From contig MHSS01000005.1 in NCBI GenBank assembly GCA_001822835.1, positions 1,719-65,718 on the forward strand: a stretch of DNA of 64,000 bases, in the 5' to 3' direction. Shown here in pieces: positions 35,138 to 44,785 of this stretch. A model generated the notes under the pieces. That model did no database searches, had not been told where the DNA came from, and saw only the letters and a program-made list of their open reading frames with translations. The position numbers and the translations under genes were made by a program. This stretch comes from Candidatus Terrybacteria bacterium RIFCSPHIGHO2_01_FULL_48_17. GTDB taxonomy: Bacteria > Patescibacteriota > Minisyncoccia > Terrybacterales > 2-01-FULL-58-14. Position 1 is the first letter of the stretch. Each line of letters starts with the position of its first letter.

Positions 35138-37324
35138 ATGTTACGCTTTGAGGATTCGATAACACGGCTGCCTTCGGTTACCCAACAGTTGGCACGAAAG
35201 CTTGAGAAGGGGCTTGATATTCGTTCAATCCGCGATCTTTTATGGCACATCCCCTCTCGTTATGAAGACATCAACGCCATAGTGCCCATTGCGGAATTAA
35301 AAGACGGACAACATGCAACTGTTGAAGGAACGGTTGAACAAGTAGGGGTTTCGCGCACGTGGAAACGGCGGATGATTATCGTGGAAGCGCTCGTATCGGA
35401 TGCAAGCGCTTCGGTAAAGGTGCTGTGGTTTAACCAACCGTGGATAGTACAGAAAATAAAACAGGGCACAACTTTGCTGCTTTCTGGTAAATACTCCCGG
35501 AGCCAACGTGGTAATTATTTTGCCCCATTGTTTTGGGAAACAATAGCACAGGGGTCAGGGTACAGAGTACAGGGTACAGGAACCCAAAATCAGGGCGCAG
35601 GGTTATTGGCGATATATCCAGAAACCGAGGGAGTGAGCTCGCGGTGGCTGCGCTTTTTGGTACGTGCAACCCTTCAAAAACTTGGCGGAGTTGCAGAAAC
35701 GCTTCCTGAAACCATACGCCGCGAACAAAACTTGATGCCGCTTGAGGCAGCGATACGAATCATACATACCCCCAGCCAACTTCCCGATGCCGAGGAGGCA
35801 AAACGCCGGCTCGAATTTGAGGAACTGTTTACCCTTGAATGCGCGGTCTTGCAATCGCGCGCACGCCTGGCCAACCGAAAAGCTGCACAAATTTCTATGG
35901 ACGTTAACCTTATTAAGAAGTTTATTGCAACGCTGCCGTGGAAATTAACAGATGCGCAACGTAAAGCAACATTTCAGATTTTGCGAGATATGGAATATGA
36001 ACATCCCATGAACCGCCTGCTGGCAGGAGAGGTGGGATCTGGGAAAACGCTTGTTGCTGCAATCGCGATGTTAAACGCCGCAAAACAGGGCTATCAATCG
36101 GTCCTTATGGCGCCAACGGAAATTCTTGCACAACAGCATTTCAAAACGCTTTCGCAAGCACTGAAACCGTTTCGGGTGCGCCTCGCACTTCTCACCGGTT
36201 CAAGCGCAAAAGTAACCCCAAAAAAGGCGGGGGAACGGTGGATAAAAATTTCGCGTCCTAAAATGTGGGATGAAATACAAAAAGGCGCCATTGATATATT
36301 GGTGGGGACACACGCGCTTATAGCGCGCAAGAAACAAGATACAAGATACAAGAAACAAACACCATTAAAACCAAGCGGCGAATTGCAATTTAAAGCATTG
36401 GGGTTGGCGATTGTGGACGAGCAGCACCGTTTTGGTGTAAATCAACGCGCCCGATTACAAAAAATGCATCAAGCATTGAACCTGGAACGTAAAACGTGGA
36501 ACCCGCATTTTCTTACCATGACCGCAACCCCGATTCCCCGCTCACTGGCCTTAACTATTTTTGGCGATCTTGACCTCTCTACCATGAGCGAACTCCCCAA
36601 AGAGCGAGTGCCCATTGCCACCGAAATTATCCTGTCTCACATGCGCCCGCGCGCTTATGAGCTTATACGGCAGGAAATTGCACATAAGCATCAAGCATTC
36701 GTCATCTGCCCCTTGGTGAAAAAATCAGAGAAACTCGCAGCCAAAGCCGCAGAAGAAGAATATGCGCGGCTTTCCAAGGAAATCTTCTCTGATTTGCGCG
36801 TGGGGCTTTTGCACGGCCAAATGGACGCACGGGAAAAAGAAAGGGCCATGCAGGAAATGAAGCGTGGGAAAATAGACGTTTTGGTTGCAACCTCGGTGGT
36901 GGAAGTCGGAATAGATATTCCCAACGCCACCATTATCATGATTGAAGGAGCAGAACGCTTCGGGCTGGCGCAGTTGTATCAAATGCGTGGCAGGGTAGGA
37001 AGAGCACAACACCCCTCACGATGCTTATTGTTGGTGGAACGCGAAGGGTCTGTGGCGATGCGGCGTCTTCGCGCAATGACAGAAGCCGCTTCGGGACCAG
37101 AACTTGCAAAAAAAGATCTTGAAATACGGGGCGCGGGAGAGCTTGCGGGCACACGGCAATCGGGAATGCCCGACCTTGCTATGCAGGCAATTGGCAACCT
37201 TACACTCATTGAACAAACACGGGAGGCGGCAAGAAAACTTCTTCGAGAGGATCCCTTTTTAAAACAACAGCCGGCTCTTGCAAAACGCGTGGGGAATATT
37301 TCAGAGCAATTGCATTTGTCGTAA
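35138..37324 (+). CDS. recG: ATP-dependent DNA helicase RecG
   Basis: MNRLLAGEVGSGKT, MAPTEILA.QH, DEQHRFGV, MTATPIPR, EGAERFGLAQL.Q.RGRVGR, DLEIRG.GE. Confidence 0.97.
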   Translation: MLRFEDSITRLPSVTQQLARKLEKGLDIRSIRDLLWHIPSRYEDINAIVPIAELKDGQHATVEGTVEQVGVSRTWKRRMIIVEALVSDASASVKVLWFNQPWIVQKIKQGTTLLLSGKYSRSQRGNYFAPLFWETIAQGSGYRVQGTGTQNQGAGLLAIYPETEGVSSRWLRFLVRATLQKLGGVAETLPETIRREQNLMPLEAAIRIIHTPSQLPDAEEAKRRLEFEELFTLECAVLQSRARLANRKAAQISMDVNLIKKFIATLPWKLTDAQRKATFQILRDMEYEHPMNRLLAGEVGSGKTLVAAIAMLNAAKQGYQSVLMAPTEILAQQHFKTLSQALKPFRVRLALLTGSSAKVTPKKAGERWIKISRPKMWDEIQKGAIDILVGTHALIARKKQDTRYKKQTPLKPSGELQFKALGLAIVDEQHRFGVNQRARLQKMHQALNLERKTWNPHFLTMTATPIPRSLALTIFGDLDLSTMSELPKERVPIATEIILSHMRPRAYELIRQEIAHKHQAFVICPLVKKSEKLAAKAAEEEYARLSKEIFSDLRVGLLHGQMDAREKERAMQEMKRGKIDVLVATSVVEVGIDIPNATIIMIEGAERFGLAQLYQMRGRVGRAQHPSRCLLLVEREGSVAMRRLRAMTEAASGPELAKKDLEIRGAGELAGTRQSGMPDLAMQAIGNLTLIEQTREAARKLLREDPFLKQQPALAKRVGNISEQLHLS
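35549..35604 (+). repeat. Intragenic 7-mer array in recG
   Basis: CAGGGGT CAGGGTA CAGAGTA CAGGGTA CAGGAAC CCAAAAT CAGGGCG CAGGGTT. Confidence 0.8.
36328..36362 (+). repeat. Intragenic 7-mer array in recG
   Basis: CAAGAAA CAAGATA CAAGATA CAAGAAA CAAACAC. Confidence 0.8.
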
Positions 37325-37380
37325 CAAACTGAAGCACAAGGATATGCAAACGTAAAAAACGGCCGTGTGGGCCGTTTTTC

Positions 37381-37950
37381 TTACACCAACGCTGTTTCTG
37401 CGCGCGCACAGGCCTTACATAATTCCGCATAAAGATAGGGATGCGTTTTTTCTGCAAGCGGCACAAACACCTCATAGGTTTCCTTCAAATATCGTCGCTG
37501 TTTGCGGCGGGTACAATCGCAAAGCGTACGGATGTTATGCAAACGATCGCATAATTTTACCACTCGTTCCCGCCAGTCAAGGAACAAAAATCCACTGAAA
37601 TACTCGCGCTCTTGTTCTGCGGAAAGCCCCCGCTCTTTAGTCATGATACGCACTAAACGATACGTGCCCTTGCCGAAGTTATTCTCAATTTCCTGCCACG
37701 GGATATCCGGTCTATCCTCAAGCACGTCATGTAGCAATGCCGCCATGATCATTTCAGGATCGTAATGGGCAAGCTCATCCATAAGGATAAGCGCTACTGC
37801 CTTAGGGTGTTCGAAATAGCGCCCGCCGCCATCGCGCAACTGCCCTCGATGGGCTTCTTTGGCGAAACGGTACGCCTTCATAATAAGACGCATTTGTTCA
37901 TCAGTTGCTTTACCTATAAGCCGTGCGGCAAAACGATCGCTATCGCGCAA
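37381..37950 (-). CDS. HD-domain small alarmone hydrolase-like protein (RelA/SpoT hydrolase domain only)
   Basis: AHRGQLR..G..YFEHP, AALLHDVLED, VKLCDRLHN.RTL; AGGAGG RBS, TTG start. Confidence 0.88.
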   Translation of the reverse strand: MRDSDRFAARLIGKATDEQMRLIMKAYRFAKEAHRGQLRDGGGRYFEHPKAVALILMDELAHYDPEMIMAALLHDVLEDRPDIPWQEIENNFGKGTYRLVRIMTKERGLSAEQEREYFSGFLFLDWRERVVKLCDRLHNIRTLCDCTRRKQRRYLKETYEVFVPLAEKTHPYLYAELCKACARAETALV

Positions 37951-38021
37951 TTTGGTTACCTCCTAAAATAAAAGAACGATACACCACGGTATCATTCCAG
38001 AAAGAAAAAGGCAATAGATTT

Positions 38022-39614
38022 TTATTTTTTATCTTTCCGTACTTTCTCCGTAACCCAGAACCCCATATATCGGCCGAGCATCAGACGTGTTTGCGCCTCA
38101 AGCGCGGGAAGAGCGCCAAAAATGATAACAGTTACGGGAAACAAAACCCATTGCAACACCAGCGTTGCGTAGACCCACCCCGCAACTCGTTTTGGTTTTG
38201 GAGGCATTAACAAAAGAGATAACGCTCCATTCACCAGCATTCCAACCATCCCGATGGTTAATATGGCACGGGTAAGCGTGGGTAAACGGAATCCGAGCAC
38301 GGACTCGCGGAACGCCTCTCCCCCAAGCGCCAATGGAAGCCAGCCCAACGCGAAAATAATTATGGCTGCGCATGGCCACATCCAAAAACCTTCGATCATT
38401 AAATAGGCGTAGCGGATTTTCTTGCGAAATGGGATGTGCTTATTTTTTATGAAACCGGTGAGAGTATAGGCGATCTTTTCCGCCCCGTACCCCCACCGTC
38501 TTTGCTGGCGATATACATTGTACGCCGTACGCAACGTGCTTTTTGCAAGATTCGCGTCCATAGATACCGGATAGTACAATGGCACAATTTGCCAATCGCC
38601 ATCGTATGCCAATAAACACTGATAAAAAATAAGCGAATCCTCGGAGACCACTTTTGTGTTCCAAAACCCAATTTCAACCAAGGCCTTCAAGGGCATCGAG
38701 TGAGAAGAGAACGTCTCCATGGCTTCGGGGCGCTGCTGTTGCATCAGTTGCCAAACGGTATTTGAGGTTGCGGCAATGCGAGAAAAGGCGGGGGCGTCCC
38801 AAATATTATTATTAAACAGCGGTATTGGCTGATAGCTTGAACGCAGCGGTTTTTCGGCCGTAAGGTAGTGATATGTTACGCACAAAAAATAATCGGGCTC
38901 AAGGTGCGTATCAATATCAAGGGACGACACCAAAACGTGCTCGTAGGGAATGCGCGCGGCGTCAATTAGTAGCTCAACGGCCTTCCGGGCGGCCCACGCC
39001 TCGTTCGATCCCTTTCCCGAAAGCTCCCCCACAATATCTTGCGGATGAGTGGTGATCAGAAACGCGCCGAAGGATTCTTTAAAGTCATTTTGCATGCGGT
39101 GAGCAAGTTTTTGTGAGGACTTCCCCGCCCGTTCCTCGAGTGCCAAAACCACCAAAAGACGTTCCTTAGGATAACGAACGTGCGCAAGCGCCCCAAGCGT
39201 CGGGCGAACAACTTCTTCACCCTCTTGAAACATAGGAAGGATAACAAGATGATAAACGTCCTTCCACGAGTGAATAGTAGATAGTGAATAACGCGTAGTG
39301 GGCAGGTCCTCTAGACGTTTAAGCCAGTCGATTTTGCGGGTACGGCGTAACCGTCCATACGTAAATAAAGCCAAAATCGCAAGATAGATTGCCCGCAAAA
39401 TCCAATAAATATCAAACGCGATGATAAAAAGAGCAACCCACACGGGTTGCAACCACGAAAAAAGTACGGCACAAAAAAATGTCGTCCACGCCAAAGTGCC
39501 GGGAAGCATTTCAAGTGCACGCCGCAATATGCGATTTTTCCCCGCAGGAACGGTGGGGGCTGTTCCCCATAAAAGATAGGGTTTATCACCGGTAAGATCA
39601 AGAGTGCTGTTCAT
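38022..39614 (-). CDS. Membrane GT2 glycosyltransferase (processive type)
   Basis: DID, VSED, QQRRW, flanking TM helices. Confidence 0.88.
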   Translation of the reverse strand: MNSTLDLTGDKPYLLWGTAPTVPAGKNRILRRALEMLPGTLAWTTFFCAVLFSWLQPVWVALFIIAFDIYWILRAIYLAILALFTYGRLRRTRKIDWLKRLEDLPTTRYSLSTIHSWKDVYHLVILPMFQEGEEVVRPTLGALAHVRYPKERLLVVLALEERAGKSSQKLAHRMQNDFKESFGAFLITTHPQDIVGELSGKGSNEAWAARKAVELLIDAARIPYEHVLVSSLDIDTHLEPDYFLCVTYHYLTAEKPLRSSYQPIPLFNNNIWDAPAFSRIAATSNTVWQLMQQQRPEAMETFSSHSMPLKALVEIGFWNTKVVSEDSLIFYQCLLAYDGDWQIVPLYYPVSMDANLAKSTLRTAYNVYRQQRRWGYGAEKIAYTLTGFIKNKHIPFRKKIRYAYLMIEGFWMWPCAAIIIFALGWLPLALGGEAFRESVLGFRLPTLTRAILTIGMVGMLVNGALSLLLMPPKPKRVAGWVYATLVLQWVLFPVTVIIFGALPALEAQTRLMLGRYMGFWVTEKVRKDKK

Positions 39615-39644
39615 GCCTTTCCTATATTACCGCAAGATTACGAC

Positions 39645-39680
39645 AAAAAACAAACCCACCTTGTTGGTGGGTTTTTTGTT
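39645..39680 (-). terminator. Intrinsic terminator after spoVR-like gene
   Basis: AAACCCACC-TTGTT-GGTGGGTTT with A and T runs. Confidence 0.7.
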
Positions 39681-41024
39681 TTACATTCCAGGCAACCGTG
39701 GCTGATCTTGTGTAAATGGATGAAAATCGCCCAAGGTCTTGCGTACAATATCGCCAGTTGCCGGGTCAGCCGTTTCTTCTACTTCGATCCAACCGCGAAT
39801 CGGTTCCCCTTGTCTTTGGGGGGCTTTCTGTAAATCTCGAAACCGAAGCGTCACAGGATTTCCCCAAAGGTCCGCGATATCCGGCACAATATGATCCATG
39901 GCTATTCTTTGGTTAAGGTATTTTCCCTCAAATATATGTTCGAGCGAAAGCGTACCATCGCCATCAACTCCTAAAATCCGAATTTTGGGATGGCGCTCAC
40001 GCCCAATGTTTTGTGCAAGGACTTCTTTAATGATTTGAAATTCCTGCGGATCATCGGGCAATTCGTTTACCACGAGATTCCCGCGAGAAATCTTAGTTCC
40101 CGAAGCCGTGCCCAAACCGCACTGCTCCGCAACGTCTTGGGTAAGATACGCCCGCACAAAATCGGAATCGTCAAGACAGTTTTGCGCTACCGCAAGGCAC
40201 TCGGCAGAACCGAAACGCGCTTCGACAGATGCAAACATCCAAAACCCTACCAAATGCGGACGTATGCCAACCATAGGATTTTGAGGCAGCATCAATAACT
40301 GCGCGATAATGCGCGAGATATCAACGGCATTTTCCGCCGGAAAAATAAGTTCGTGCAGCACCTTCATTTGTGCCCACATGGTAAACCCTTCGTCGCACAG
40401 CGAAAGATATTCATCTGCAGCAATAAGAGGCCACTCATCCTCAACCATCTGTAAGATATCGCGTCTCCACGAAGGCATTCTTGGATTTAAGGCAGGATCT
40501 TTCAGGATGGAAAGTATTCCTCCTTCGGGCGCAACGTCTAAACCCCATTGCCGCCGCACTTTGTGGGCTGAGGAGATAGTATGCTCAATAACATCAAGGC
40601 CATACTGGTTTACAAGTGCACGGACACAACGAGCGTGATCTCTTACCTGTTCTGGGGTTATCCGCAAAAATGCATTTTGATATGCGATATTGCTTTCAGT
40701 AAACGCATGGTGAATACGCGTATGGAGCCACGTAAAACACGCAAGGGCTCGAGATCGGGAAATAGGCAACCATGTCATGCGTCCCGGAACGCCACGAATA
40801 TCAAAAAACAAAAATGGCTTTTTTGCTGCGTCCTCTAAAAACTCGAGACGCTTTCCAGACGACCAGTGAGGGTAACGCACCGGAAACTCACGCCATGCTT
40901 TATACGCAACAACAGCAGGCGTTTCACAAAGCTCCACATCAAGATCGGGGCTCGGCAATCCAAGGCGTTTAAGAATCGGCACGATTTGTGCATCAAATTC
41001 TACCATCATTGCTTCAGGAGACAT
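39681..41024 (-). CDS. Divergent SpoVR/YcgB family protein
   Basis: PVRYPHWSSGK, H...HH.F..N, WRRDILQMV, DEGF, PHLVGF, DSDFVRAYLT, LWGNPV; follows DUF444 gene. Confidence 0.8.
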   Translation of the reverse strand: MSPEAMMVEFDAQIVPILKRLGLPSPDLDVELCETPAVVAYKAWREFPVRYPHWSSGKRLEFLEDAAKKPFLFFDIRGVPGRMTWLPISRSRALACFTWLHTRIHHAFTESNIAYQNAFLRITPEQVRDHARCVRALVNQYGLDVIEHTISSAHKVRRQWGLDVAPEGGILSILKDPALNPRMPSWRRDILQMVEDEWPLIAADEYLSLCDEGFTMWAQMKVLHELIFPAENAVDISRIIAQLLMLPQNPMVGIRPHLVGFWMFASVEARFGSAECLAVAQNCLDDSDFVRAYLTQDVAEQCGLGTASGTKISRGNLVVNELPDDPQEFQIIKEVLAQNIGRERHPKIRILGVDGDGTLSLEHIFEGKYLNQRIAMDHIVPDIADLWGNPVTLRFRDLQKAPQRQGEPIRGWIEVEETADPATGDIVRKTLGDFHPFTQDQPRLPGM

Positions 41025-42450
41025 GCTCTTCACCTCGCTCTTGGGTAAACCTAATCAATGATCGGGCTGCTTTCACTAAACGCTCTTCATCCATTACGCG
41101 GGGTCCCACCCACATATGATGGAAACGGCGTGCGACGGCAAACATAATATTCATAATCGTACTGTCCTGCAAATTCGGCCCGGTTCTTGAATCAACCTCA
41201 AGGTAGCCAAAAAAATCAATTTCTTCTAGGAGCGACTCAAGCACTGCAATCATTCGTGGATTGTCAGTGAAACTGTTTTCGCCGTCGGACAAGTGCCATA
41301 CCACACGGTTAAACAACTCTCGTGGATAATGTTTCTGGAGAAGTCGCAAGGCCTCTCTATAACCAGAGGAAATCTCGGTCCCGCCACCAGATGTAAGATG
41401 AAAAAACTTCCATTCCGACGTCTGCCATCCCTCGGTATGATGCAATACAAAGACAATCTCGAAACCAGGAAATAGGCTGCGCAACGCCAACGCAAGATCA
41501 AGGGAAAAGCTACGCGACCAGCGCCGCTTTTTTTCATCCATAGATCCGGAAACGTCGCGAATGAGCACCAAAACGACATTGGTTGCGGGCTCCATTTCCT
41601 CGGCGCGGTAGCGAAACTTGATATCATCTTCCCAGAAGGGTTCTGATTTTTTCCTTTTGCTGTCGTCTCCAAACATGGTAGAGACGCGGGAGAGACGATC
41701 TTTGGCGCTTCTGAAAATATTGCGCATTGCCCACGGGCCTCGCTTGCGGTGACCTTTGGGAGTACGTTGGCGCAAACGCTCAAAAAACGGCAGCGAAACT
41801 TCGCGAAGATCAGGGAGTTTCAAATCCTCAAATTCTTTACGGGCAATATCGGTTGTATTCAGATCCGCTTCAAACCTCTGCTCCTTCGCCGGCTCGGTGC
41901 CAGCCCCCGATCCCTCGCGCAACGAAAGCGGCTCCTGGCCTTCGCCCTCTTCGCCCCCCTCGCCCTCATCGGATGTGCCTGGTTGACCTTCGCCCTCTTC
42001 GCCCTGCCCCGCCTCTGGTTTGCCTCGCTGGACTTCCTGCCCACGCTCAAGATCCTGGCCTTCAACTACCTCACGATTACGCGGAACCGACTGCTTTTGT
42101 CGCGTTTGTCGGGATGCGCCGGATCCCTCGCCTTCCCCCTCATTTTGCTCTTCGCCCTCACCTTGCTGTGACCCGCCCTCTTGGCTGTCGCTCTTTTCAT
42201 CGCCTTCCCCTTCGTTTTTTTCTGGTTGGCCTTGCGAATCTACAAATTCAAACTCATACTCCCGCAGGGGAGGAATGCGAACGCGCGTTGGGGTGTTAGG
42301 ATCATGTGATAATATTTCAAGCCCTAGGGCCTCAACAATATCAATCTGCTTTTCCTTAAGCGCCCGAACCGCAAGCTCAGCATGGCGTTGGCGATCTTGC
42401 TCTAAATCAGGAAAGTCAATCTCTCGTATCACGCGGAAACGACTTGGCAT
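41014..42450 (-). CDS. YeaH/YhbH (DUF444) vWA-like protein
   Basis: QDRQRH, VRIP.LREY.F, GAG.EP, FEDLKLPDL, DVSGSM MIDAS, HHTE, GGT.ISS, SDGEN. Confidence 0.9.
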   Translation of the reverse strand: MPSRFRVIREIDFPDLEQDRQRHAELAVRALKEKQIDIVEALGLEILSHDPNTPTRVRIPPLREYEFEFVDSQGQPEKNEGEGDEKSDSQEGGSQQGEGEEQNEGEGEGSGASRQTRQKQSVPRNREVVEGQDLERGQEVQRGKPEAGQGEEGEGQPGTSDEGEGGEEGEGQEPLSLREGSGAGTEPAKEQRFEADLNTTDIARKEFEDLKLPDLREVSLPFFERLRQRTPKGHRKRGPWAMRNIFRSAKDRLSRVSTMFGDDSKRKKSEPFWEDDIKFRYRAEEMEPATNVVLVLIRDVSGSMDEKKRRWSRSFSLDLALALRSLFPGFEIVFVLHHTEGWQTSEWKFFHLTSGGGTEISSGYREALRLLQKHYPRELFNRVVWHLSDGENSFTDNPRMIAVLESLLEEIDFFGYLEVDSRTGPNLQDSTIMNIMFAVARRFHHMWVGPRVMDEERLVKAARSLIRFTQERGEEHVS

Positions 42451-42535
42451 ACTACTCACCTCTTTATTCGATGCCACCGAAATCATTATCAAAGAACAGA
42501 TAGGTGCACCGTAACACAACAAGAGTCCAAATGCA

Positions 42536-42562
42536 AAAACGCCGTCCCTTAGGGGACGGCGA
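42536..42562 (-). terminator. Hairpin between prkA and yeaH-like genes
   Basis: CGCCGTCCC-TTAG-GGGACGGCG with T-run on minus strand. Confidence 0.6.
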
Positions 42563-42570
42563 AATTCTTA

Positions 42571-44727
42571 TTAGCTCTGCCACTCGCGAGTGGCGACATA
42601 TTCAACCAATTGCAAGGTACAGACGGGACACCAAGAAAGCCGAAGAATTCCAATGCCTTCCTGGTTATCATCGCGCTCTGCGCCAAGCCGTGTAAGTTCA
42701 TCGGCCATTAATTGCACCAATGTCTCGTCTTTTTGCATGCGTGCAAAAAGTCGTTCAAATGGGCCGTGCGAATTTTCAAAGAAAATGTCAAGCAACACAA
42801 GATTGAATGCCTTGTGTTCAGAGATATCAAAGGGCTTCCCGCAATCTTCCGCCCGTTGCTTAAACGCAAGCAATTCTTCACGGAATTTAGGCCGCGCATC
42901 AAGCGGGAGTTTAAGTTTCGATTCAATACGGTCAAGGAACGCATACTCCGCCTCCCCTGGTTTGGCCGGCGGCGACCCTTCTCTCGGAACCATGACTGCC
43001 CAGCGCCGGTATACAGCATCCTGCGAAATAAGCTCCAAATAGCGCCTGGCAAGACCTTGTAGGCTTTCAGCAAGCGCCACCGCAACCTCTTCCTTGACCC
43101 TTGGCGTTTCCAGAAGCCGCTGCAAAATTTCCAGCGTCCGCTCTTTCAGAATACGCGGCAGATACGCACGGAGTGTCGAGAGATTGCTCTTTTGAACTTC
43201 CTCGAAACGCGGCCCTTCGTACGTTGAACGAACGCGAGGGAAAAGTTCGTCAATAACCATCTGTGGCGACACGCACTTGTGTTTTGGGTCGCGGTCGTTG
43301 CCGTATCCAATCGCAAGATCCGACTCGCATGCTTCAAGCGCCTTCACCGTAAGCCGAGGCGAAACACCCTTGCGGCCGTCGTTTGGATAGACGCTATTTA
43401 AATGCCGCACGTCGTGGTTGCATCTGATATTGGTACCATTACGCAGCTCAACCCACTCATCAAGTTCTACGTGTTGCCCCTGATCTGCTTCGGGCTCGCG
43501 CTGCCGCGCACTTTCCACCTGAAAACGGGCCGTTGCTTCAAGCGCCAATGGCGAGAAGTGAACTCCTGTTTTCTGCGCACGCGCAAGCATTTGGGGATAC
43601 AAGTTCTCGGCAAGATTTTGATAACTCAACACGTACGGAACGAAAAAAGGCTCGATGCGATCCATAATGGCAACATTTTTGCCTGTATTGCGGAATGCTT
43701 CAAACGGTTCCCAGTTTGAATGTCCGATAACGATAGCATCGGACGATACGTTCCCGTAAAAACCGGGGGCAGGAACTAATTGTTCCTGGGTCTGCCCGAT
43801 AATAATATGCAAAAAGTCGGGCGGGTTCATGGTAAGTTCCGCAAATTCAATAATGCCGCCTTCGCCCTGGTTGAAGGCACCGGCATAGTTGCCAAGAAGC
43901 GGATGGCCTTCCTCAAATTGAAGCAATCGCCGAACCGATTCGGCACCAATCAACACGCGAACGTCCTGGTTGTTAGGATCAACGGGATAGACCGTTACAA
44001 GACCAATGCGCCTACGCACCGAAAGACGCGAGGTGGTAATGGGAATACGCTCCCATCGTTTCCACTTTGTCTTCAGCCGAAAACTACATTGCGTGCAAAG
44101 ATCCCCTTCAAGGTCAAAAGCGCGACCCAACAGTTCCTGAAGCCGAAGACGATCGTGCATGGGAAGCGCACGAAGCGGATGCTCGTGCATGGGACAGCCG
44201 TCGATATGGTAAAGATTTTCTCCCACCAACAGCTTAAACATTTTGCGCACCCACTGCGATTTACCGGTTCCCGTATCGCCCACAGGGAAAGGAACTTGGC
44301 GAGCCGCCTCACCACCCCGTCGCGCACTCTCTAAGAACTTTGCGAAACGGTCGAGAAAGCCATAAAGGTCCACAAATTCACGAAAGGAATTCCAGTTTCG
44401 CATGGCTTCTCCCGGTTGCAACCCAAGCATTCGAGCTCGGCGAGGATCGGTTTCATGCGTAATAAGCGTATAGCCGGGCTCTTCAAAAATCACCCGCCAT
44501 GCGCGTTCACGCGTGTTCTCCGCGGCCTGGGGATACTCCTTCACCAAATAAAGATATCGCTCAAGGTTTCCAGACCACTCTGTTTTCTTGCGCTCTTGGC
44601 GCTTACGGCGTTTCTGCTCTGCAATAACCTCTGCAACACCATCCCGAAATTCCCGGGAAATCGTGAGGTCGCCTTGCCTTTCCAGCGTTTTAACCACTCT
44701 CTCACCTCTTATATTTTCAAGGGTCAA
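42571..44727 (-). CDS. prkA: PrkA/YeaG family AAA+ protein
   Basis: WSGNLERYL, GDTGTGKS, GCPMHEHPL, DPNNQDV..LIG, GIIEF.E, IVIGHSN, DRI...VPY.L, GVSPR; start uncertain. Confidence 0.88.
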   Translation of the reverse strand: MTLENIRGERVVKTLERQGDLTISREFRDGVAEVIAEQKRRKRQERKKTEWSGNLERYLYLVKEYPQAAENTRERAWRVIFEEPGYTLITHETDPRRARMLGLQPGEAMRNWNSFREFVDLYGFLDRFAKFLESARRGGEAARQVPFPVGDTGTGKSQWVRKMFKLLVGENLYHIDGCPMHEHPLRALPMHDRLRLQELLGRAFDLEGDLCTQCSFRLKTKWKRWERIPITTSRLSVRRRIGLVTVYPVDPNNQDVRVLIGAESVRRLLQFEEGHPLLGNYAGAFNQGEGGIIEFAELTMNPPDFLHIIIGQTQEQLVPAPGFYGNVSSDAIVIGHSNWEPFEAFRNTGKNVAIMDRIEPFFVPYVLSYQNLAENLYPQMLARAQKTGVHFSPLALEATARFQVESARQREPEADQGQHVELDEWVELRNGTNIRCNHDVRHLNSVYPNDGRKGVSPRLTVKALEACESDLAIGYGNDRDPKHKCVSPQMVIDELFPRVRSTYEGPRFEEVQKSNLSTLRAYLPRILKERTLEILQRLLETPRVKEEVAVALAESLQGLARRYLELISQDAVYRRWAVMVPREGSPPAKPGEAEYAFLDRIESKLKLPLDARPKFREELLAFKQRAEDCGKPFDISEHKAFNLVLLDIFFENSHGPFERLFARMQKDETLVQLMADELTRLGAERDDNQEGIGILRLSWCPVCTLQLVEYVATREWQS

Positions 44728-44785
44728 TATACGTAATTACAGTGTTAAATATATCCTCTCAAATGTCAACACGCGCGCGCCAAAC

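Noticed and set aside
41727-42514. Several long plus-strand ORFs
   Set aside because: Shadows of the low-complexity yeaH insert
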